Shown here: positions 1 through 10,200 of the stretch, in pieces | Layout: each line of letters opens with the position of its first letter | Numbering within the stretch: position 1 is the stretch's first letter | Assembly: GCA_039917915.1 (NCBI GenBank) | Contig: JBDSIP010000131.1 | Span: 1 to 50,418 of the forward strand | Direction: 5' to 3' | From: Thermoflexales bacterium | GTDB lineage: Bacteria > Chloroflexota > Anaerolineae > J036 > Brachytrichaceae | DNA: 50,418 nt | Notes under the pieces: model-generated | Told to the model about the DNA's origin: nothing | What the model saw: only the letters and a program-made list of their open reading frames with translations | Databases searched by the model: none | Made by a program: the position numbers and the translations under genes

Positions 1-20
1 CCGCCCCTACCCCACCCGCA

Positions 21-246
21 CGTCATCCCACGCGAACTCCCCGCCTGCGCGGGGATGACGGGGATCCACAAGTATCGCCGTGAAACACGCGGGAATGACG
101 GCGCAGGGAGGGGCACCCACCTCAACACCGTCATCCCACGCGAAAGCGTAAGCCCATCAGCGCCCCCCTCAACGCCGTCATCCCACGCGAACTCCCCGCC
201 TGCGCGGGGATGACGGGGATCCACAAGTAACGCAGTGAAACAGGCG
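21..246. repeat. Cluster of REP-like palindromic elements 3' of module copy 1
   Basis: The 40-nt unit cgtcatcccacgcgaactccccgcctgcgcggggatgacg is identical at 21-60 and 176-215. It has an outer stem CGTCATCCC/GGGATGACG and an inner stem CCCCGC/GCGGGG. Each unit is followed by gggatccacaagta.cgc.gtgaaaca. A degenerate related unit (gtcatcccacgcgaaagcgt) lies at about 129-149. Confidence 0.8.
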
Positions 247-3200
247 TCACCGCCCAACCATCGGCAGATACGCACGCGCGGCGGGGCCGCTGATCGCCTG
301 TCCGGTGATGTCGCTCAGCGCGCCCTCGGTCAACGCCAGGCTGCCCGCTGCGCCGGTTGACGCGAAGACCACCCGCGCGATCGGGCCTGTGCCCGACGGA
401 CCGGCCGGCGACGCGCCCAGGCTGAAGGCGGCCACGCTCAGCGCGCCCGCGTGGTCGTCCTCGGTCAGCGGGAAGAACGAGCGCCCGCTCTGGGTGACGA
501 ACGCGCCGAGATCGATCGAGGCCACGCTCAGCCCGGCCGGATAGGTCAGCCCAAGCTGGAAGGCGCCCAGGTTGAACACATCCAGGGCCCAGATCGTGGC
601 CGTGACCGGCCCGTCCGGCCCGCCTTCTACCACCAGCGACAGCGCGCTCAGCCCCGACGTCTGGGGGGCGCGCCGGAGCGCCCACAGATTGCAATCGGTG
701 TTCCAGCGCCCGGCGATGGTCTGCACGTCCTGAATGTCCACTCCCACCAAGGCATTCAGATCAAATCTGGCCTCATACAGCGGATTGCCCGGCTGGGCGC
801 TCCAACGGTAGGCGATCATCTGCACATCATCCACCTGGATGTAACCGTTGGGAAGGTTGCCCGGCCCGGTGTAGTCGCCGATGCAGCCCGGCACGGGGGT
901 GCCGGTCGCTGTCGGGGTCGGCGTATGGGTGCGGGTCGGGGTCGGCGTGCGCGTTGGGGTCGGTGTGCGTGTTGGGGTCGCGGTCGGCGTCTCCGTTGGG
1001 GTGTTGGTCGGCACCGGCGTCAGCGTCGGCGCGCGGGTTTGGGTGGGCGTCGAGGTCGGGCGCGGGTGCTGCGGACTAACGATGACGACCGTCCGGCTGT
1101 AGACATTGACATTGCCAAACGGATCGCGGGCAATGGCGACCAACTCGCGCACGCCGGTCGGCCCGTCGAGGGTCCAGAACCGCGCGCTGAAGGTGTCGCT
1201 CAGGCCTTGCGCGGCAATCAGGCTCTCGTCCGGTCCGGTGATGAGGCCCGAACCATCGACATCGAAGAACAGGCGGGTCTCGACCGCGCCGCTGTCATCG
1301 GTGACGACCAGCGTGACATCCAGGTTGTCGTAGAGGGCGACCGTCATGGCCTCGGTCGGCGTGAGGTAGTCCATGTACGGCCACGCATAGTCCTGCACGC
1401 CGATCTCGGGCGGGATCTCGAGCGTGATGATCCGGGTTGCCCCGAGCGCGAGCGTGCCGGTCGTCACCGTGCGGGTGAAGCCGCCCGGGCCATGCAAGGC
1501 GGCGTCGACGGTGAAGGGCTCGCCGCGGCCGGTCAGGTGGATGGTCAGCGACATGGGCCGATGCCCGTTGATGAAGGCGACCCCGCTGCCGGCGCCATCG
1601 CCGATCCAGTAGCTGTCCGGAATGGCATTCTTTGCGCCCTCCGCGTCGGAGTAACCGACCTGTCGCCCGAGCTCATCGGTAACATAGCCATCGACCGGAT
1701 CGAAGATCACCGATGACCACCAACCCTGGGCCTCCAGAGCACTCTGGAAGATGCCGCGGGCATACAGGAGGGCCTGCTGGACCGCGCCCGCCTGCTGCGG
1801 GTTCAGGTTCTGGTCGAAGACACCCTCCTCGTTGACCAGGAAGGCGCCCATCGATTGATAGGTCTGGGTATAGATCGCCGCCGAGGTCTTGTGTTTGCTG
1901 GTCGACACAAAGGCGGGATTGATGTTCGGAACGTTGAGTATGCCCAGCATCGCGGTCTGGGTGCGCATGTCGTACATCAGGGGCAGATGCTGGATGCCGA
2001 CAAACTCGGAGATCACGAACTTGGCATGGACCGGCTGCCCGCCGGCATTCATGAACGGACCCGTGGCGGAGCCAAACGAAACGGTGCCATCTCCGCGCTT
2101 GGCGAAGCGCATGTCGAAGCTCGCGTCGGCGGGTACGCTCTTCTGGGTCGCTGACCAGATTTCGCCGGATCCGGCGCAGCGGCCGACGAAGTCATTGAAG
2201 GGCAGGATGTCCGAGGCGGCGGCCTTGCCGGTCGTGCCACCGACGCCAACCGCATTCAGGACAAACTCGATCCGGGCCAGGATGATCTGCAACTGCTGAA
2301 GCGCATCGGGCGAGGCCACGGCGTTGATCCAATCGCGAACCTGCTGGACGCTTGCCAGGGTGTTGGACGTCATCGCCATGCAGCTTTCCGTCGGCGCGTT
2401 CCGCTGGCGCGCCCACAGCGAGGTGTCGGTCTGCGAGCCCGCGAAGACATACAGCTTTCCGGTCAGCGAGGCGGCGATGATGTTGGTCGACGAGGCCGGC
2501 GGCACGCCCTGTCCGGCATTGAGGTCCAGGAGCAGCCCATTGGCGTACTTCAGCCCATCGGTGATGGCCGCGAGGCCCTGTAGCGCGGCGCCGCTGTCGT
2601 CCGACCCGATGAAGGGGTAGGTGGCGAGCATGCTGTTCAGGGTCGGCACGTACCGGCTGATGAAGTCGCGGTTGCGCAGGACGGTGTCCGTCGCCAACGC
2701 GCCAGCGGTAATGGCGTACTCAGGCCCGGAGATCGAATTGGTCTCCTTGGTCTGCACATACAGATACTCGGCGTAAACCAGGCGCGAGAGCAGGAAGCGC
2801 ATGACGGCGTTGTCGCGCCAGTTGTCGATCATGCCGCTCCACGAGCGGGTGTCGCCCATGTTGGGCACCCCGGCCAGGATGAGGTTGCGGAATTTCGGCA
2901 GCGTCGACGGCCCGGGCGAGCCGTCCGAGAGGGGCTCGGGCGTGATGGGGCCGCCATAGGCGTCGCTCTGGACATAGGCCCGGGCGATGAGACCGCCCGC
3001 GTCATGGGCGATCACATCGACGGCGTCGAGGTCGGGCTCGCCGGGATGAAAGTACTTCCAGGCGTTGGCCGCCTTCTTGAGTTCGGCGCCGAGGTAGTCC
3101 AGGCCGCTGGTATACGTCGCGTCGACGATGGCGTCGGCCGTTTGGTCGCTGATGTAGCCGTCGATGGCGGCGTCGCGCGGCGCAGGCGGCAGGCGCCAAT

Positions 3201-6200
3201 CGTAGTTGACGATGAAGAGGTCGCGGTCCTTCTGATAGCCGAAGTTGGTCAGGGTCTGGACCAGATCATCGTACGTTCCGAGGATCGGATCGAGCGCGAG
3301 CGCATGGGGCGGCAAGCCGCGGACTCGGTACCAAACCGTGTCGCCCGGTTGCGGGCCGGTGCCGAGCAGGCCCGGGATGAGGACGACCGGCCGGCGCATC
3401 TGGGGGGCCGCCCGGACGATGGCTTCTGTCCCGGCGTCAGTTTTGATCCAGATCACGACCTCGCCATATTTGGTCAGGCGTTCACCAATCTGAAGGTCCT
3501 TGACCGCGCCGTTGACGCCGGTGATGACATCGCCCACGCCGATGACGCGATAAGTGTTGACCGTGGGGGTGACCGGCAGCGTGGGCGAAACGGTATAGGG
3601 CAGGATGATGTCGCTCTGGAAGACGGCCTGGCCTTTGACATCGTTGGCGACAAAGGCGATGTTCATCCGGCGCTTGTCGCCGAGCAGTTTGCGGTTGATG
3701 GCTACTCGCTTCTCGATGTCGTAGTGGAAGATGAAGCCGGAATCCTCGTTGGGATCGACGACGCCGTTACCATTCACATCGTTGTGCGCCTCGCCCGGAT
3801 CGAGTTTGCCATTGCAGGCCTGGCCGGTGATGCGATACAGCTCACGTCCGCCGGTGAGGCCGGGGATTGCGGCACGGTCGAGCGAGATAAAGGTGCCCTC
3901 GCCCGGATTGCCGCCGCCCGGTCCGCCGCCGACGCCGGAGGGACTGGCGAAATCACCGTAGAAGCTGACCGCTTCAGACTCGCCCGAGATGCTCGACCAG
4001 CGGCCCTTTTTTGCGAAGGCATCCCCGGCAATCGAGGTATTGCTGGTGAAGTTGGGGGCGTACATCGCAATCGCAGAGGAATCCAGGTCGCTCATCCGAA
4101 CAACGGCGTTGCCGTTGTTGGAGAGCACCGGTCGGAGCGATCCAACCTGCGCGCCGATGGATGCGTTGGACGGATATGCAGCCAGGCCGGCCAGGCTGGG
4201 ATTATTCTGCTGGAGATAGGGGTAGACGACCATCCCGTTGTCGTTGATGCTGCCATACGCGAGCATGGAGCGGGTTGATCCTCCCGGCAGGAGCGTGTAG
4301 AGCCCCTCACTCCCCGGAGAGCCGTTCCAAATCCTGTTGAAGCGGTACCCATTGGCATAGTCACGGGCGATGATCTCGTCCGAGTTGTTGATCTGTCCAC
4401 CGGGCCAGAAGTATGTGTAATAGCCCTCGGTGGGGGTGAGCTTGCGGACGTTGGTGTAATTGCTGCCGACGTAGATGGCGTCGGTGCTGCCCAGGCGCCC
4501 GGCAAAGGCCACATTACCCTTGTCGTTGATGGAAACTTCGTTGTAGATTTCCAGCATCCCCTGGTCGCCGGTCTGGGCGACCAGGTTGAAGGTGTAGCTT
4601 CCTTTCGGGGCCGGGACCGCGCATGCGGCCGGAGGCGTGGCGGTGCCTGTCGGTGTGGGGGTGGGAATGGGCGTTGCGGTCGGCAGTCCGGGAATGTTTG
4701 GAGAAATCGAAAACACGCCGCGGCCATGTGTGCCGACATGGAGTTTCTGTCCGAGCCAGACCATCTCATCGATGGCAACGTGGGCCGGGCCGTCCGCAGG
4801 AACACCCCAATTCGCGCCGCCGTCACTGCTGGCATACACGCCAACCTCGGTTCCGACATACATGTAGGCGGTGTCGTGCGGGTGTATCGCTAGAGTGCGC
4901 ACAGGTACGGCAGGAATGGAATTGCCGCCGGTTCCCGTCCATTGCGCCCAATTCGTTCCACCGTCAGTCGTGCGCCACAAGTTGTCGGGTGAGTACCCGC
5001 CATACATTGCATAAGCGACAGACGGACTGCTCGGGTCGAGGACAATGCGGGTGACCATTCGACTCGTTGGCAGATTTGGCGCAATAAAGAGCGTCCAGCC
5101 AGGCGTGGGTGACAAACCGTTCGTGGTCTTGTAGAGCGCCCCATTCGTATATCCCACCCAAATCACGCTGGAGTTGCCCGGCGCGACCGCGATTGCGCTG
5201 ATCAACGGCGTGAATGATCCGGTGTTGGCGATCGGCGGTTTGATCGCCACCCAGGATGGCCACTGCCATGCCGTGCGAACATCCGTGCTGCGCCAAAGCG
5301 ACGCGCCGCCGGCAAGCATCGTGTTCGAGTTATTTGGATCCAGGATGAAGGGCGCGATGAACGAGGCATTGTCGGTGCGCGAATCGGTAATTTCGCCGAT
5401 GCCGGGAACATTATCGCTTCTGTCAATCGTCGACGCCTCGCTCGCGCCGCCATCTTTTGAGCGCACGATCTTGAGGTTTACGTATTCGCCATAGACGTAA
5501 TTCGAATTGCCCGGGTCAACGGCGACATACCCGCCGTCGCCACCATAGTATTGCTTCCAGGCAAGCGGACCGATCTTGACGAGTGTGCCATTGTCCTGTG
5601 CGCCACCCACAAGGCGGGTTGTGCCGCCGCCGTTGCCCACGCCAATGCCATAGAACTGAGTGATTCCTGGACCGTCGACATGAGTGAAGCCGGCGTCCGT
5701 AAAGTGGGTGATCCCGAGGTTAATGCTGTTGATGTCGTCAACCCGAAAGAGCCCGCCGTCGTTGCCAAACCAAATCGTCTTGGTGATTGCGCCGTCGTAG
5801 TCGCGCGGCGAGAGGATGACATGGTGATCGGCGTGGGCGGTTGTGCCATACGTCTGATAGTTGCTCCAGTCGGTGATCTTGCTGATCCCGACCCCGCCGT
5901 TGGTGGTTCGATAGAGATCCACACCGCCGAGGAAAACGTCATTCGGGTTCGTTGGGTTTACCCAGACCGTATTGCCGTACCAGCCCTGCTCGCCGAGGTA
6001 GAACGTTCCGTTGTTGACCAGCACGAAGCTATAACCGCCGTCAACACTTTTGTACAACTGGCCCCTATTGTTCTGGGCAGAGGCATATGCGATCATCGGG
6101 TTGCTGGGCGAGAAAGCGACTTCGACGCGATCCCACGTTGCGCTGCTCCCGGTCTTGGCGGGTAAAGCCGGGGTGAAGACCGAAGAATTCCAGAACTCGC

Positions 6201-7152
6201 CCGAATCCGTCGAATACCAGGCGCCGCCATAGGCGCTGGCGATCGCGGCCGTAATCACCGTGGGATGGGTTTTGACATCAAGAACGGGACTTGTGATGAT
6301 CCGCCGCGACCAATTGACTCCTTCGTTCGTCGTGCGCCAGAGACCAGTGCTGGTCGCCGCAAGCAAAGACGAGCCATCAGCGGGCATCGCGAGCCGGTTG
6401 ACATAGGCAAAATCCGGCCGGGTGACGAAGCCAGTCCCTGGCATTTGCGCCCATGTTTGACCGGAGTCAATGGATTTGAAGATCCCGTCACCCTGTTGCG
6501 CGTCTGCATTGCCAAACCCTTCACCGGTACCGGCATAGACGACATTGCCCTGGGCGGGATCGGCGACCATGGCGTTCACCGCCATATTGGACAGAAAGTC
6601 GGCGACAGCCGCCCAGCTTCCTCCATTGTTGGTGCTGAGCCAGATGCCTCCGCCCGCTGCGCCAATTATCAGCCGATTGAGACTGGCCTGCGGAATGGCG
6701 ATTGACCGGATTCGCCCGCCGACGTTGTCCGGGCCCTCAAACGTCCAGGCGCCCGGGCTGATTCCGCCGACCTCGCGCGAAGGCGAAAGCAGCGTGCGCT
6801 GACGGGACATGTCGTAGAGAGCGTTCGCTTTGCCGGGCGCATCGGGCGGGATTTCGCCCTTTTCATTTTGCAGAGACAGGCGCCGATACGCAGCCGCGCG
6901 ATCCGGAAAGGTCGGCATTTCCCCCGCCTCGCCGCTCTCCGCGGGCTGGGCCTCGAACTCATCGGCCAGGATGCGCTGGATGAGCCGGGGCGTCTGGGTC
7001 GCTGCCGCGAGCGGGGACTCGGGCGGTCCCGCTGGTTGCGCCGCGGGCGACACCCCCACTGACGACGAGAACGACCCCGCCAGCAGGGCGGCTGCCAGTA
7101 GCGCGCGGACCGCGCCCGCGCCGGTCAGAAGAGAGGATGAAGTTGGTTTCAT
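247..7152 (-). CDS. Giant secreted multidomain protein A1 (2301 aa): BNR/Asp-box propeller, NxxGxxAF repeats, LCAT/PGAP1-like alpha/beta-hydrolase-like domain, PT linker, dockerin-like and cohesin-like domains
   Basis: ATG start with a signal-peptide-like N-terminus ([27 protein letters not shown]). About 11 Asp-box motifs ([48 protein letters not shown] and others). [25 protein letters not shown] repeats. [11 protein letters not shown]...YDWRLPP...[14 protein letters not shown]...GVPNMGD lipase-like motifs. Uninterrupted 6.9-kb ORF with a paralog at 20050-26892. Confidence 0.9.
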   Translation of the reverse strand: MKPTSSSLLTGAGAVRALLAAALLAGSFSSSVGVSPAAQPAGPPESPLAAATQTPRLIQRILADEFEAQPAESGEAGEMPTFPDRAAAYRRLSLQNEKGEIPPDAPGKANALYDMSRQRTLLSPSREVGGISPGAWTFEGPDNVGGRIRSIAIPQASLNRLIIGAAGGGIWLSTNNGGSWAAVADFLSNMAVNAMVADPAQGNVVYAGTGEGFGNADAQQGDGIFKSIDSGQTWAQMPGTGFVTRPDFAYVNRLAMPADGSSLLAATSTGLWRTTNEGVNWSRRIITSPVLDVKTHPTVITAAIASAYGGAWYSTDSGEFWNSSVFTPALPAKTGSSATWDRVEVAFSPSNPMIAYASAQNNRGQLYKSVDGGYSFVLVNNGTFYLGEQGWYGNTVWVNPTNPNDVFLGGVDLYRTTNGGVGISKITDWSNYQTYGTTAHADHHVILSPRDYDGAITKTIWFGNDGGLFRVDDINSINLGITHFTDAGFTHVDGPGITQFYGIGVGNGGGTTRLVGGAQDNGTLVKIGPLAWKQYYGGDGGYVAVDPGNSNYVYGEYVNLKIVRSKDGGASEASTIDRSDNVPGIGEITDSRTDNASFIAPFILDPNNSNTMLAGGASLWRSTDVRTAWQWPSWVAIKPPIANTGSFTPLISAIAVAPGNSSVIWVGYTNGALYKTTNGLSPTPGWTLFIAPNLPTSRMVTRIVLDPSSPSVAYAMYGGYSPDNLWRTTDGGTNWAQWTGTGGNSIPAVPVRTLAIHPHDTAYMYVGTEVGVYASSDGGANWGVPADGPAHVAIDEMVWLGQKLHVGTHGRGVFSISPNIPGLPTATPIPTPTPTGTATPPAACAVPAPKGSYTFNLVAQTGDQGMLEIYNEVSINDKGNVAFAGRLGSTDAIYVGSNYTNVRKLTPTEGYYTYFWPGGQINNSDEIIARDYANGYRFNRIWNGSPGSEGLYTLLPGGSTRSMLAYGSINDNGMVVYPYLQQNNPSLAGLAAYPSNASIGAQVGSLRPVLSNNGNAVVRMSDLDSSAIAMYAPNFTSNTSIAGDAFAKKGRWSSISGESEAVSFYGDFASPSGVGGGPGGGNPGEGTFISLDRAAIPGLTGGRELYRITGQACNGKLDPGEAHNDVNGNGVVDPNEDSGFIFHYDIEKRVAINRKLLGDKRRMNIAFVANDVKGQAVFQSDIILPYTVSPTLPVTPTVNTYRVIGVGDVITGVNGAVKDLQIGERLTKYGEVVIWIKTDAGTEAIVRAAPQMRRPVVLIPGLLGTGPQPGDTVWYRVRGLPPHALALDPILGTYDDLVQTLTNFGYQKDRDLFIVNYDWRLPPAPRDAAIDGYISDQTADAIVDATYTSGLDYLGAELKKAANAWKYFHPGEPDLDAVDVIAHDAGGLIARAYVQSDAYGGPITPEPLSDGSPGPSTLPKFRNLILAGVPNMGDTRSWSGMIDNWRDNAVMRFLLSRLVYAEYLYVQTKETNSISGPEYAITAGALATDTVLRNRDFISRYVPTLNSMLATYPFIGSDDSGAALQGLAAITDGLKYANGLLLDLNAGQGVPPASSTNIIAASLTGKLYVFAGSQTDTSLWARQRNAPTESCMAMTSNTLASVQQVRDWINAVASPDALQQLQIILARIEFVLNAVGVGGTTGKAAASDILPFNDFVGRCAGSGEIWSATQKSVPADASFDMRFAKRGDGTVSFGSATGPFMNAGGQPVHAKFVISEFVGIQHLPLMYDMRTQTAMLGILNVPNINPAFVSTSKHKTSAAIYTQTYQSMGAFLVNEEGVFDQNLNPQQAGAVQQALLYARGIFQSALEAQGWWSSVIFDPVDGYVTDELGRQVGYSDAEGAKNAIPDSYWIGDGAGSGVAFINGHRPMSLTIHLTGRGEPFTVDAALHGPGGFTRTVTTGTLALGATRIITLEIPPEIGVQDYAWPYMDYLTPTEAMTVALYDNLDVTLVVTDDSGAVETRLFFDVDGSGLITGPDESLIAAQGLSDTFSARFWTLDGPTGVRELVAIARDPFGNVNVYSRTVVIVSPQHPRPTSTPTQTRAPTLTPVPTNTPTETPTATPTRTPTPTRTPTPTRTHTPTPTATGTPVPGCIGDYTGPGNLPNGYIQVDDVQMIAYRWSAQPGNPLYEARFDLNALVGVDIQDVQTIAGRWNTDCNLWALRRAPQTSGLSALSLVVEGGPDGPVTATIWALDVFNLGAFQLGLTYPAGLSVASIDLGAFVTQSGRSFFPLTEDDHAGALSVAAFSLGASPAGPSGTGPIARVVFASTGAAGSLALTEGALSDITGQAISGPAARAYLPMVGR
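250..690 (-). other. Cohesin-like C-terminal domain of A1, ending in the [12 protein letters not shown] tail (tail = 250-273)
   Basis: Pattern [37 protein letters not shown]...[13 protein letters not shown] resembles the cohesin fold signature (V.V...L.G....L.YDP..L....G.F......G.G.LA...F). The last eight codons read gcg tat ctg ccg atg gtt ggg cgg on the minus strand. Confidence 0.6.
691..888 (-). other. Dockerin-like (EF-hand-type) module of A1
   Basis: GCIGDY...[13 protein letters not shown]...[24 protein letters not shown]. Two segments resemble dockerin Ca-binding loop plus helix (D.N..G.VD..D). The paralog reads [20 protein letters not shown]. Confidence 0.55.
889..1074 (-). repeat. 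Pro/Thr-rich linker (low-complexity coding repeat) in A1
   Basis: 62 aa: [62 protein letters not shown]. The plus strand shows reiterated ggtcggggt/ggtcggcgt units. Confidence 0.9.
2992..3009 (-). other. Nucleophile-elbow motif AHDAGG (Asp where lipase-type hydrolases have Ser) in A1
   Basis: The minus strand reads gcc cat gac gcg ggc ggt (A-H-D-A-G-G) within [16 protein letters not shown]. This aligns to the canonical V.LVGHSMGGL.AR.Y. The Asp codon is at 3001-3003. Confidence 0.7.
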
Positions 7153-7200
7153 CTAGTTTGTGTCCTTGCAGAGATAGCGCTTTCAGCAAAACCCGTTTTC

Positions 7201-7241
7201 GGGATTGATATGCCCCGGCTTCGCCGGGGCATATCAATCCC
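7201..7241 (-). promoter_or_regulatory. Perfect ~18-19-bp GC-rich intercistronic hairpin between B1 stop and A1 start
   Basis: gggattgatatgccccggc-ttcg-ccggggcatatcaatccc. It lies 14 nt after the B1 stop (7256) and 48 nt before the A1 ATG (7152). There is no clean U-tract on the minus transcript. A positional counterpart exists at 26915-26964. Confidence 0.7.
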
Positions 7242-7255
7242 GGTGGGTGTTTTCG

Positions 7256-10200
7256 TCAACGCAGCACAGTCGGCAGATACGCCGAGCCGGGGTGAATCAC
7301 ATAGAGCTGTCCGCCCTGGTTGGTCAGGCTGATCGTCAGCCCGCTGATGTTGGTCGCCAGTGTGTTGCTCAGGGTGAGGGTCGCGGTGCCCACGTCGCGC
7401 GGCGCGATCCTCACCCAGGCCAGCGCCCCGTTCCCGCTTGGGCCGGCCGCCGCGCCAATCGTGCCCGCCCCAAAGCGCACTGAGTCTGGCCCGATCTGGG
7501 TCGGTAGCGCGATCATCGAGCGGCCAGTGCTGGTCAGGAAGCTGCCCTGGGTAATGTTGGTCGCCGTCACCAGGTTCGGGTCGAAGCGCAGGGCAACTTC
7601 GTAGCCGCCCAGGTTGCTCACCCCCGAGATCATCACCGCGACCGTGATCGGCTGGGTGTAGTAAGTCTGGGCGCTTCCCGGCATGAGCAGCAAGGTGGCG
7701 CTGCCTGGCGACGGCGTGGGCGTGATGATCGGGCCGGGGATTGTCACCGTTGTCACGTCGCTGGACGCGGCCCCGAACGTTGCGCTGTAGTAGCCCGTCC
7801 ACGTGCCAACGCTGACCGTGGTCTGGGTCTCCACCCGGCTGATGATGTACTCAAACGTCTCGCCCGGTAGCAGCTCCTGCGGCATCTGGCTGAAGAGCGG
7901 GCCAAATGCGCTGTCGACCAGGGTGTGCGTCGTCAGGGTGTACTCACCCGTGTTCGTCGCCCGGTAGCAGTAGGCGACATCGGTCCCGGCCGTCACCGTG
8001 ATCGCATCCGAGAGGGCGCACACCGGATTGCCCGTCTCAGGCCAGGGTCCAACGGTCTTGGTCAGCACAACCCCGACCGGCAGATTGGCCCCGGGCACGC
8101 ACGCCTCGCCTTCAGGCCGGCCAAAGGTGAACTTGTCGATGAAGACCGCGCTGTCGTAGGCCGTGTCGCTGACATCGGTGACGAAGAAGGTGATCACGCT
8201 GGTCGCCCCGGGCGTAAGCGCCGCCCGCGACCGAAGACGCGGCGTCGCCGCGTCGTAGGTCGTCCCGAGCGCGTTGGCCGGGGTCGCCCCGAACACCGAG
8301 TTGATGCTGATCCGGTTGCCGTTCTGGTCGCGGGCGATCGGCTGGCCATCGACAAACGCGTCGAAGTAGTCGTTGAACTGCGAGCCGACGAACTCGGGGA
8401 ACTCCTCCGAGAAGAAGGCGAAGTCCATCGACATGCAGGTCGCGGTGGTGGGCACGGTAAAGGTCAGGGCCAGCCGGGCGTAGTCGCCCAGCCCGAATGT
8501 GTTGGGGCCGGAGTTGGACTGATCGGCAAAGAGCATGTTGCCCGTGCCCAGGTAGGCGAAGGTTGGTCCGCTGGTCGGGAATCCGGCCAGAGTCGCCACG
8601 CCCGGCAACGGCGCGCCTGGTACACCAGGCCAGCCGACCCCGGCCTTGTTGATCAGATCAGTCTGCATCGAGGCGCTCTGCAGGAAGGCCAGGTCGAGGC
8701 CCATCGCCCCGGCCATGTCAACAGCGGTCGGGGCGACCTCGGCGAAGTCATAGTCGGAGCCGGCCCCGCCGATGCCGACCACGATGTTGGTGATGATGTT
8801 GGCCCCCGAGATCACCCCGCCCAGGGTTCCGGGCAGAGCGGCGCCATTGAGATAGCCAAACGGTTGAACTTCCTGGATCCAGTACGTCCCGGGCAGGGCC
8901 TCGAAGGCATAGTAGCCCTCGAAGGTGGTCTTGGTCGTCTTGTTGACCGGCTGGCCGTTGAAGTCGGTGCCGCGCAATAGAAGCGTGGCCGGGCTGAGTC
9001 CGGTCTCCGTGATCTCGCGGGCGGCATTCCCGTTCTCATCCCAGAACACGTGGCCGGAGAGGGCCGATGGCCGCTCGCCAAAGTTGTATTCCTTGGCGTC
9101 GACGATCATGTTGAAGCCGATCCCGACGATGAGGTCGTCCAGGGCGACACCGCCCGCGCCGCTGCCGGCCCGGTCGATGCCATCGACAAAGTTGGGCTGG
9201 GTCTCGAGCAGCGAATAGCTGCCGTTGGGAATCCCGCGGAAGATATAGTAGCCGAGCCCATTCGTGCGGGTAATCATCAGCACGGGGTCGCCCAGCGTAT
9301 TCTGGCCCTGCAGGGTGATCGTGACGCCGGGGATGCCGGGCTCGCCGAATCCGCCGCGGTAGCCGTCATTGCTGGCGTCGACATAGACGTAGCCCGACAA
9401 CGTGCTGGGCGGGAGCTCGCCAAATGTGTAGCCCTGGCCGAACGAATGATCGCCAATGACGATGCCAGTGACGCGATCGTTGGAGAGCAGCCCGCCCAGC
9501 GAGCCCAACGCATCAATGCCATCAGCATAACCGGCCGGCTGGGTCTCACTCAGGGTGTAGATGCCCGGCTGAAGATCAGGGAAGTTGAAGGCGCCGCCGG
9601 ATTCGGTGGTGAAAGTCATCAGCACAGGGTTGCCGAGTGTCGTTGTGCCCGTCAGCCAGATGATCGCCCCTGCGATTCCCGAATCTCCAACCGGCGGATA
9701 GGGCTCATAGGCGCCGTTGTTGTTGCGGTCGGCAAAGACCGTGCCGATAATGCCGAACTTGCGCTCGCCGAATGTGTAGCTCCTGGCGTCATCGCCCCAG
9801 GTCACGATGATGAACCGGATCTGATCATTGCCCAATACGCCGCCATGCGTGCCGACGTTGTCCACCCAGTCGGTGTAGGTCGGCGGCTGAACCTCGGTGA
9901 GCGTGTAGGTCCCGGGCCGCAAACCGCTAAAAATGAACCCCGCAACACGCCCGGTGTTCGTCATCCGCACGGAGGCGCCCAGATCATCGATGCCATCGAG
10001 GTAGACGTCGACGGGGTCGACGAGCGGGTCAGGCGGGCTGCCAAACACGCCGTTGTCGTCGATATCGTAGTAGACGTGGCCGCGTATCCGCGCCGGGCGC
10101 AACTCGGCGAAGAGATAGTTGGCCCCGACCGCGTTCGGCGTATATACGATTCCGGCGATGATGTCGTTGGTGATCGGCGGCGAATAACCAGGCTGGGCGG

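Noticed and set aside
21-246. Possible CRISPR array, because of repeated ~40-nt palindromic units.
   Set aside because: There are only two identical units plus degenerate relatives. The spacing is irregular. The flanks are themselves repeated, and the same units recur singly elsewhere (19798, 19959). No cas genes are present. This is REP/MITE-like behaviour, not CRISPR.
131-694. ORFs spanning the REP clusters (131-694 minus, 19568-19918 minus, 19747-20046 minus), containing strings such as IPAQAGSSRGMT.
   Set aside because: They are translations of the palindromic REP-like units and intergenic sequence, or antisense to the A genes. They have no coding signal.
7201-7241. Calling the intercistronic hairpins (7201-7241 and 26915-26964) canonical rho-independent terminators.
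   Set aside because: Neither is followed by a U-tract on the minus-strand transcript. In copy 2 the T-run precedes the stem on the coding strand. I kept them as structured regulatory elements of unknown role.
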